From a virus (taxonomy: Duplodnaviria; Caudoviricetes): DNA of 32,771 nucleotides. Of the stretch, positions 26,263 to 32,771 are shown in pieces (the stretch's first letter is position 1; each line of letters opens with the position of its first letter). The notes beneath the pieces were generated by a model, which was given only the letters and a program-made list of their open reading frames with translations, made no database searches and had not been told where the DNA came from. The DNA lies in IMG/VR virus record IMGVR_UViG_3300044674_004181, positions 1 to 32,771 of that record, one strand, 5' to 3'. The position numbers and the translations under genes are program-made.

Positions 26263-27199
26263 GGGCCCCCTTATTGTACTCTGTGGCGCGGGCTTCAAAG
26301 AAGTTGGCGTGCTCTACTCCTGAGAGAACCCACTCAAGCCAAGGGATAGGATTTTCCTTTACTCCGTAATTGGTCTTTAGGCCAAGCTGGAGAAGGCGGC
26401 GGTCTGCGATGTACCGGATGTACTGCTTCGTTTCCTCGGCGGTTAGGCCCTTGGTCCCTCCCCCAATACCGAAGCATAGGTCAATAAACTTGTCCTCTAG
26501 GGCAACCATGTCACGACAAGCCTGGTAGATCTCGCCCTTTACTTCATCTGTCCAAGCGCCCATGTTCTCTTTCACTAGCTCGCGGAACAGGGTTGTCATT
26601 CCCTTCACGTGCAGTGACTCGTCACGAATAGACCACGTTACGATCTGCCCCATTCCTTTCATCTTACCAAAGCGCGTGAGATTCATAAGAATAGCAAAGC
26701 TAGAGAATAGCTGCATACCTTCTGTAAATCCAGAATAGACAGCAATTGCTTTTAGAATACTTTTCATGTCATCCGTGTCGGGGCTTATGCTTGATAGGTA
26801 GTCATGCTTTTCTGCCATTTCCTGATATTCTGCAAAAGCTTTGTACTCTGCCTCTGGCATACCTACAGTGTCTAGTAGTAAGCTGTAAGCGTGCTGGTGG
26901 ACGCTCTCCATATTGGCAAAGGCCCCAAGCATCATTCTGACCTCAGGTTTTGGGAATAAAGGTATCAGCTTGTCATAGTAGCCATGAGCTACATCTACGT
27001 CGCCCTGGGTGAAGAACCGGAAGATTTGCGTGAGAAGCTTTTTCTCTTCCTTAGTAAGGTTCTTTTGCCAGTCCTTTACGTCCTCATGCAAAGGAACTTC
27101 TTCGGGCATCCAGTGCATCTCCTGCTGTGCCTTATACAGGGAAAAGGCCCAAGGATACTCAAAAGGTTTAAAATACCATCTATTCTCTAACAAGCTCAT
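26228..27199 (-). CDS. nrdB: Ribonucleotide reductase class Ia beta subunit
   Basis: 'FFTQGD', 'ESVHQHAYS' (ExxH plus radical Tyr), 'EGMQLFSSF', 'RDESLH' and C-terminal 'NFFE.RATEY'. Confidence 0.97.
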   Translation of the reverse strand: MSLLENRWYFKPFEYPWAFSLYKAQQEMHWMPEEVPLHEDVKDWQKNLTKEEKKLLTQIFRFFTQGDVDVAHGYYDKLIPLFPKPEVRMMLGAFANMESVHQHAYSLLLDTVGMPEAEYKAFAEYQEMAEKHDYLSSISPDTDDMKSILKAIAVYSGFTEGMQLFSSFAILMNLTRFGKMKGMGQIVTWSIRDESLHVKGMTTLFRELVKENMGAWTDEVKGEIYQACRDMVALEDKFIDLCFGIGGGTKGLTAEETKQYIRYIADRRLLQLGLKTNYGVKENPIPWLEWVLSGVEHANFFEARATEYNKGALKGSWEQVWAG

Positions 27200-27202
27200 A
27201 AT

Positions 27203-28990
27203 TTACCCCTGACAAAAAAAGCAATCATCATCTTCTATTTTTCTTCTCTCAACTTTGAGAGACACGTTCTCGACCCTATGGATAGCCTCACTTCTGCAAT
27301 AGTATAGAGTCTTTAGGCCCTTCTTCCAAGCAGAAAAGTGAACTTCGTGCAGGTACGGTATCTCCTCGTCTGCTCGGAAAAATAGATTGAGGCTTTGGGC
27401 TTGGCAAATGTGCTCCTGCCTGGAGGCAGCATGGTCAATCAGCGCACGCTGGTCTACCTCAATTGCTGTCCGGAACACCTGCTTAGTATAGTCATCTAGG
27501 AACTCTAGGTGACAAACGCTTCCGCCGTTGGACAGGATCGAAGACCACACCTCATCAGTATTGTGCCCAAGCTCTTCTAGCTTTTTCTCTAGAAACTTGT
27601 TCTTCACCAGAAAGGATCCATTTAGAGTTTTGTGAGTATAAATGTTAGCTCTAATTGGCTCAATACTGGGTGATGTTCCGCAGATGATTGAGCTACTGGC
27701 ATTAGGCGCAATAGCCAGCAGGTGAGCGTTTCGTTTGCCCGAGCCTCGCATGTCGGGGGCCTCCCCTCTTCTCTTAGCCAAGCAGAGCGTTGCTTCCGTG
27801 GCTTTGTTCTTTATCTCACTAAATATGGTTTGGTTTATACCTGAGGCAACCGCACTCTCCATGGGAATATTCATCTTTTGTAAGTAGTTGTGAAAACCCA
27901 TAGCCCCAAGGCCCAGGCTTCTCTCTTGTCCCGCTGAAAAAGATGCTCTTTGCAGACCCGCGTGCTCTGCATTGTCCTGCCTGTTCTCAACCTCACTAAT
28001 GAAGCAAGATATCACATTGTCAAGAAACTCTACCAGGTCGGCAACTATAGATGTGTCCTTCCACTCATCATAGGTCTCAAGGTTTAGAGAGCTTAGGCAA
28101 CAGATAGCAGTTCTGTCCGCGCTGGTGGGGAGGGTTATCTCAGAACACAAGTTGCTTTGATTGACTCGTAGACCCAGCGCTTTTTGTTCTTCGGGTAAAG
28201 CACGGTTTGACGCATCTATAAAGTGCAGGTAGGGCTCCCCGGTCTGCGTTCGTGTTTCTATGATTGCTTGCCATAGCTTTTTTGCGGATACCTGGCTAAC
28301 TACTTTGCCTGAGTGGGGGTCTACCAAACTCCAGGAGTCATCTTCTCCTGGGTTATTTAGGCAACGCTCAAGCAACTCCATAAAATCGTCTGTGATATTT
28401 ATGCCGTGATGCAGATTTAAGCACTTTCTATTGGTGTCACCTCCAGTAGGCTTCCTCATTGTGATGAACTCCTCGACCTCCGGATGTGAGATGTTCTGGT
28501 AAGCCGCGTAACTACCACGCCGCGTGCGTCCCTGTGAGCACGCAAGCATCTGAGAATCTACCACTTTCATAAATGGCACACTTCCGGTGCTACGAGAGCC
28601 CGAACTGGTATCAGTGCCATCAGAACGAATCTCGCCCCAATAGCCTCCAATTCCGCCTCCGTTCGTCGAGAGCCAGACGTTTTCTTGCCAGTGGTCAACC
28701 AAGCCAGAGCGGCTATCGTCAACATAGTTTAGGAAGCAGCTAATAGGCAGACCTCTAGTAGAACCTCCGTTGGACAGGATTGGAGTGGAGAACATAAACC
28801 ACCTTTTGGAGGCATAGTCATACACTCTCTGTGCGTGGTCTTTATCAGTAGCGAAGGCGCAGGCAGCTCTAGCAAAGGCATCTTGGGGGCTCTTCTCTCC
28901 GTTTATAAGATACCTTTCGTTTAGAGTCTGCTTGGCAAACTCTGTGAGTAGGTTGTCGCGGTGGTAGTCTAATTTTATAGGGAATTTCAT
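27203..28990 (-). CDS. nrdA: Ribonucleotide reductase class Ia alpha subunit (short form, no ATP cone)
   Basis: 'STPILSNGG', 'PISCFL', 'NQSNLCSEI', 'AIAPNASSS', 'GLKTLYYCRS' and C-terminal CxxC 'CFFCQG'. Confidence 0.97.
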   Translation of the reverse strand: MKFPIKLDYHRDNLLTEFAKQTLNERYLINGEKSPQDAFARAACAFATDKDHAQRVYDYASKRWFMFSTPILSNGGSTRGLPISCFLNYVDDSRSGLVDHWQENVWLSTNGGGIGGYWGEIRSDGTDTSSGSRSTGSVPFMKVVDSQMLACSQGRTRRGSYAAYQNISHPEVEEFITMRKPTGGDTNRKCLNLHHGINITDDFMELLERCLNNPGEDDSWSLVDPHSGKVVSQVSAKKLWQAIIETRTQTGEPYLHFIDASNRALPEEQKALGLRVNQSNLCSEITLPTSADRTAICCLSSLNLETYDEWKDTSIVADLVEFLDNVISCFISEVENRQDNAEHAGLQRASFSAGQERSLGLGAMGFHNYLQKMNIPMESAVASGINQTIFSEIKNKATEATLCLAKRRGEAPDMRGSGKRNAHLLAIAPNASSSIICGTSPSIEPIRANIYTHKTLNGSFLVKNKFLEKKLEELGHNTDEVWSSILSNGGSVCHLEFLDDYTKQVFRTAIEVDQRALIDHAASRQEHICQAQSLNLFFRADEEIPYLHEVHFSAWKKGLKTLYYCRSEAIHRVENVSLKVERRKIEDDDCFFCQG

Positions 28991-29043
28991 TTTTAGGGTA
29001 TAGGTGTCCGTAAGAGGTTTAGAAAACAGCAGAACTGCTCTAC

Positions 29044-29385
29044 CTAGTTTAATAGTTTTTTATTTATACTTCTTGATCTGCCAAAAAGGTCTTTGTCGTC
29101 GGTTGACGACTCTACCTTGGTCAGAGTGTAGAAGGTGTCTACACCAGAATCCGCGAGCCTACAGTTCATTAGGTCTTCCGCGTGCTCTGTGCAGACTTTA
29201 ATTGACAAGGGCACACTGTCCTCATTGTAAGAGCAGACGACAGTGTCAGCGTCTTTCCCACAGTCTTTTATTTTGCAATCTTTACCTAGGTCTATGTCTG
29301 CTATAACTAAGAACCCGTTCTCGTCTATAAGGCAGGCGCAGTTAGCTCCGGGTATGAGGACTGTCTCTTTGTCTTTTTTACTCAT
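29044..29385 (-). CDS. Hypothetical Cys-containing protein (possible zinc binding)
   Basis: 'CKIKDC...VCTEH' pattern. Start at ATG 29385 gives an 8 nt overlap with the upstream gene. Confidence 0.6.
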   Translation of the reverse strand: MSKKDKETVLIPGANCACLIDENGFLVIADIDLGKDCKIKDCGKDADTVVCSYNEDSVPLSIKVCTEHAEDLMNCRLADSGVDTFYTLTKVESSTDDKDLFGRSRSINKKLLN

Positions 29386-29617
29386 CGTTTGGTGGCTCTT
29401 GATCTTCATCCAGCATACCACTAAACTCTAAGATCAGTCCATCAATACTTTTCTGCATTTCGTCAGATAATTCTAGTTCATCCACCTGGTTTAGTATCGG
29501 TCGCACCTTTGTCTCAAAGATTGACCTGACTGTCGCCATCTTCTTGTCCAGGCGGTTAAACCACTCACTGACTTCGTCTAGATTTAGCATGAGATCCTGG
29601 TCCGTAATTTCTGTCAT
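29378..29617 (-). CDS. Hypothetical acidic protein (79 aa)
   Basis: TAATG coupling with the upstream gene; helical and acidic. Confidence 0.65.
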   Translation of the reverse strand: MTEITDQDLMLNLDEVSEWFNRLDKKMATVRSIFETKVRPILNQVDELELSDEMQKSIDGLILEFSGMLDEDQEPPNDE

Positions 29618-30159
29618 TATTGATCCTCTCCTTCGGGGGAAAGCGCCATTTCAATTATTGCTGTCATTACGTCTCTACGTTCCAGGGTAGGAGCCGTCTC
29701 GGCGTGGAGCTTCTTTGGATAAATTATCTTGTTAATAGGGGCGCGCTCGCTCTTTATGTCAGTGTAGTGAAACTCCTGAACGGCAGACCACCACTCCAGA
29801 TCAATCCCCGATATCCGGAGGAGTGTATCTATAGCTGTTTGCTTTTTTTTCTTTATTGCATTTTTTAGAGCAGCTACTCTTTCCTCCGGATGAAGATTGC
29901 GGTGGAGAGCTACGGCAACAGCCCACTTGGGCGCGTAGTAGGCGTTCGCTACGTTCGGCCCCGAGCTTACTGTCTCGTAGGTCACCTCTATGCCCGCTCT
30001 CTTTATGATAGAGTTTGTGCCTAGGCATTTATGATAACCTAGCGATTCTAACCTACGGGCATTTTGTTTTGCTTTACATATTCCCGTGTTCCGGTGTCTC
30101 ACAAGATGGTAGCTTTTTTCTCCGCAGTCCGGACAAAATTGTTCTTTTTTCTTGCTCAT
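29617..30159 (-). CDS. Hypothetical protein with N-terminal zinc-finger-like motif
   Basis: 'CPDCG....HLVRH....C'; basic composition; ATGA coupling. Confidence 0.65.
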   Translation of the reverse strand: MSKKKEQFCPDCGEKSYHLVRHRNTGICKAKQNARRLESLGYHKCLGTNSIIKRAGIEVTYETVSSGPNVANAYYAPKWAVAVALHRNLHPEERVAALKNAIKKKKQTAIDTLLRISGIDLEWWSAVQEFHYTDIKSERAPINKIIYPKKLHAETAPTLERRDVMTAIIEMALSPEGEDQ

Positions 30160-30416
30160 ACCGGCTCCTTTGCTAGTGCTTCCCTAGTGTGGTCTCTAAG
30201 TTCATCTATGGTGTAGATATTCCATACGTGTACATATGCTTGTATAAAGCCTAGCCATCTGTTTGCCTTACCTAGATCTGAAAACTTGCGGGCTTCCTCG
30301 CACATCCACAATACGTGGTCAACTTCTTCTTCCGTGATAGGATACTTATAAGTAAAGCCGTCAGTCTGAGTAGTTCGTTCAATGTCTTCTTTGTACTTTG
30401 TAAATAACTGGTTCAT
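30156..30416 (-). CDS. Conserved phage hypothetical protein (86 aa)
   Basis: 'KANRWLGFIQ......TIDELRDHTR' is a motif I recall from small phage proteins. 4 nt overlaps on both sides. Confidence 0.7.
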   Translation of the reverse strand: MNQLFTKYKEDIERTTQTDGFTYKYPITEEEVDHVLWMCEEARKFSDLGKANRWLGFIQAYVHVWNIYTIDELRDHTREALAKEPV

Positions 30417-31540
30417 TTTAGATACTCTCTACACCTATTCAGTAACTCTTTTTTTTGTAAAGTTTCCTCTACCTTCATGTGCTTTATGTAGTTCTCCAGA
30501 GCTGACTGTACATTTTCAGCACTTCTAGTAGATGCCGCCGCCCTTTTAGCTTGTGCTTTCTCCTTCGTGCTGTCTATCCGCAGTCGGTATCCCCTAATCT
30601 TACCTTCTTCCTTTAGCTTTTTAAGAGCATGATTAGCGGAAAGCTTCTCCTCTGACGGTATCAGGACTTCCACGTATTCGTCACTGGTGGCCCCGCTAAT
30701 CCCCCCGAGGCCAACGTATGAGGTGAATCGTGGGCCGCCCGTCTCGTGCATTGTGAGGTTCATTTTAAGACCGTCTAGCACGGCTACACCTCCGTACCCA
30801 TCAACACCAGGGTTGTCCCATCCGGTCGGACAGAGAGCGCCTACCTGCAAAATCTCTAGCTTAGGTCTCTTCCTCTCCCACCTTTGCCTGTTATGCCAGT
30901 TACCGCACACGAACTTCTTTATATTCTTGTGGTTTTTAGCAATAGACACAAGCTCTGAAACCGTTATAGAGTCGTCGTGCCCTCTCATGTAATGTTTAGT
31001 ATCACCGTCAGATACACCAAGGTGAAATACACACACAACGTTTTCTCCTTTCCCAAGTTTGGCCAACCGCTGTTCAAACAAAGAGGATAGCTCATCTACG
31101 TCTTTTTTGAACCAAGTAGAGGCTGGACCTGCTCTAAACGGAATAAACCATAGCCACGTTTTCGTGCCTTCTAGCCAGATGTAGTTAGTCTTTTCATACA
31201 CCGTTATTCCTGGGTGAAGGCCAAGCGTACCGAGGGCGTGGTCACCTTCCGCGGAGGACACTGAGTCGTGGTTTCCCTTTAGAATGTGAACGCCCGCTTT
31301 GCATCCTGACAGAACTCTTGTTATTTCAGTCAGAATTTGTGGCTTTGGGGTAGCCGTATCTACCAGATCCCCTAGTATAGCAAGAGCTGCCGACTCTTTA
31401 TTAGCAACCTCTACTGCTTTCTGGAGTTGCTCTAGAGTTTCCTGGCACCGCGAGTTTATCCCGTTAACTCCAGGCGAGGCCAGCGCCTTGTGATTACCGA
31501 TGTGAAGGTCAGCGACAAATGCAATCTTCCTAGGGGCCAT
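30413..31540 (-). CDS. sbcD: SbcD/Mre11/T4 gp47-like metallophosphoesterase nuclease
   Basis: 'ADLHIG', 'LGDLVD', 'KGNHD', 'FHLG', 'GNWH' and 'QVGA'. Partner of the SbcC ATPase. Confidence 0.9.
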   Translation of the reverse strand: MAPRKIAFVADLHIGNHKALASPGVNGINSRCQETLEQLQKAVEVANKESAALAILGDLVDTATPKPQILTEITRVLSGCKAGVHILKGNHDSVSSAEGDHALGTLGLHPGITVYEKTNYIWLEGTKTWLWFIPFRAGPASTWFKKDVDELSSLFEQRLAKLGKGENVVCVFHLGVSDGDTKHYMRGHDDSITVSELVSIAKNHKNIKKFVCGNWHNRQRWERKRPKLEILQVGALCPTGWDNPGVDGYGGVAVLDGLKMNLTMHETGGPRFTSYVGLGGISGATSDEYVEVLIPSEEKLSANHALKKLKEEGKIRGYRLRIDSTKEKAQAKRAAASTRSAENVQSALENYIKHMKVEETLQKKELLNRCREYLK

Positions 31541-31541
31541 C

Positions 31542-31799
31542 TTACTGTTCTTCGTCTCCCCCGCCTGCTGCGTCTTTTTCCATAGTGCTCGGAGTGTCGT
31601 CGGGTAAACTATCAGCTAACCGCGTTAGCCTATCTCTGGCTTCAGCGAAGGGGTTGTTTACTGTGCTGTTCTCAGCGGCCTCTATCATTTCTTCTGTTAC
31701 GCCATTATCCTTTAGTAACTTAAAGAGCTTGTCCTGTAGGTTTTCCATCTTCTCTTTAAACTTAGAGATAGCTTCCTCTGCTTCTTTCATTTTATCCAT
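31542..31799 (-). CDS. Hypothetical coiled-coil protein
   Basis: Start reassigned to ATG 31799 (MDKMKEAEE), with an AAGGA SD just after the methyltransferase stop. Confidence 0.65.
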   Translation of the reverse strand: MDKMKEAEEAISKFKEKMENLQDKLFKLLKDNGVTEEMIEAAENSTVNNPFAEARDRLTRLADSLPDDTPSTMEKDAAGGGDEEQ

Positions 31800-31806
31800 G
31801 TTTTCC

Positions 31807-32469
31807 TTACTCCTCCTCTGTAGTTCTAGATTCCATTCCCCAGCCGTACCATCCAGTTCTAGGCACGCCACGGCAGAACATTTCAAGTTTGTTAGTACCA
31901 GAGCCACATAGTTCTTCTATTTTCTCGTAGAAGACCGCTGGCTTCTCAGAGTGCTTGCCCGTTCTTGGGGCTAGAACCACTTGTCCCATTTTTTCCGTGT
32001 GAATGGGAAAGGGTCTTCCCGTTTTGTTGGTAGTTCCTACGAGCAGCATCTCGGTGGTAGGTTTAGTAAAGGTGGGGCGTACTCCCTGGCCTTCGATAAT
32101 CTTGCCTGCTTTTGTGGTCTTAACCCACACAAAGGCAACTCCCCGGTAGTTGTAGTCCCACTTCTTCATAAGGTCTACCGCAGCGTCTAGCCTGGGACAC
32201 GTTGCCCACATGAATAGCGCACTATTCTTATTGCACATATTATGCACCTCTTTGAGCTTGTACATGTCCTTGTTGTCTACAAGGGCGTAGTGCTTTCCAG
32301 CAGCAGCGTCTTTAGTGGTACTGCCATAGTAGCTCCAGGGAGGGTCGGCTAGAACGAGATCGAACTTCTTGTCCCCTACTTCTTGCCCGTTTTTCCCATG
32401 CACATGATAGGCTGTATTGCCTGCTCGTAGAAAGCAACTATCCCCGCTCCTGTAAAACCCGCTAGCCAT
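31807..32469 (-). CDS. MT-A70 family N6-adenine methyltransferase
   Basis: 'VLADPPW', 'LFMWAT', 'FVWVK', 'TEMLLVG', 'HSEKP', 'KLEMFCR' and 'GWYGWG' give the full MT-A70 motif set. Confidence 0.93.
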   Translation of the reverse strand: MASGFYRSGDSCFLRAGNTAYHVHGKNGQEVGDKKFDLVLADPPWSYYGSTTKDAAAGKHYALVDNKDMYKLKEVHNMCNKNSALFMWATCPRLDAAVDLMKKWDYNYRGVAFVWVKTTKAGKIIEGQGVRPTFTKPTTEMLLVGTTNKTGRPFPIHTEKMGQVVLAPRTGKHSEKPAVFYEKIEELCGSGTNKLEMFCRGVPRTGWYGWGMESRTTEEE

Positions 32470-32752
32470 TATCCCTCATAATCTCCATATCCCTTAGTGT
32501 TTCCAGGGCATTTTCAAGCCTAACTGCAGCTTCTCTTATTAAAGCATTAGTGTCTCCCATTTTCTTTTGGTCTAGAGAAGACATGTCGTCTAGGTGCTCA
32601 GCTCCTATAACACCAAGGCAAAACATTATAGAGTTAGCGTCTTGGAGGAGGGAGTTGCACGACGAGACATTGTTACTTAAAAGTTCAAGAGGAGCATGAA
32701 TACCAACTACCTCTGGGCCCATGCTTAATAGTTCTTCTACATCTTTTGCCAT
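32462..32752 (-). CDS. Hypothetical protein (96 aa)
   Basis: AAAGGA SD upstream; 8 nt overlap with the methyltransferase gene. Confidence 0.65.
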   Translation of the reverse strand: MAKDVEELLSMGPEVVGIHAPLELLSNNVSSCNSLLQDANSIMFCLGVIGAEHLDDMSSLDQKKMGDTNALIREAAVRLENALETLRDMEIMRDNG

Positions 32753-32771
32753 TTAATTACATCCTTTAAAT

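Noticed and set aside
26228-28990. Introns, inteins or homing endonucleases in nrdA/nrdB
   Set aside because: Both ORFs are continuous and of normal short length, with all motifs present.
29028-29039. Small inverted repeat AGCAG-AA-CTGCT upstream of nrdA as a terminator or NrdR box
   Set aside because: The stem is too short and there is no convincing match to the NrdR consensus.
1-32771. Amber (TAG) stop-codon recoding, suggested by abundant TAG trinucleotides
   Set aside because: Conserved genes are full length under the standard code, and several end at TAG exactly where the next gene begins (e.g. 2041, 2384, 4727).
1-32771. tRNA, rRNA, CRISPR array, integrase or IS element
   Set aside because: None was recognisable, and intergenic spaces are too short (all about 100 nt or less).

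Overview
A 32.8 kb segment of a tailed dsDNA bacteriophage with a contractile (myovirus-type) tail. The left part (1-18184, + strand) is a tightly coupled late operon. It runs from the tape-measure C-terminus through the tube initiator, LysM/tail-X protein, baseplate hub, gpV spike, gp25 wedge, baseplate J, several elaborated baseplate/fibre proteins, a gpI-like protein and a tail fibre to two membrane/holin-like genes, and ends in an intrinsic terminator. A GC-rich foreign gene with its own AT-rich promoter-like leader is inserted at about 5620-6810. The right part (18289-32752) is a convergent - strand block: MT-A70 methyltransferase, SbcD/gp47, class Ia nrdAB, SbcC/gp46, a putative secreted lytic transglycosylase, a ParB-like protein, QueD-like and QueC-like genes, a zinc deaminase, a GNAT and PIN-PhoH. 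One + strand secreted metzincin is wedged in antisense. Most notable: (1) intact QueC-like and QueD-like genes whose catalytic motifs both appear eroded, clustered with intact-looking deaminase and GNAT genes; (2) a 16-bp hairpin that buries the phoH Shine-Dalgarno and has a -10-like box in its 5' arm; (3) the GC-rich moron; (4) the antisense metzincin. All calls come from reading motifs by eye; no searches were run.
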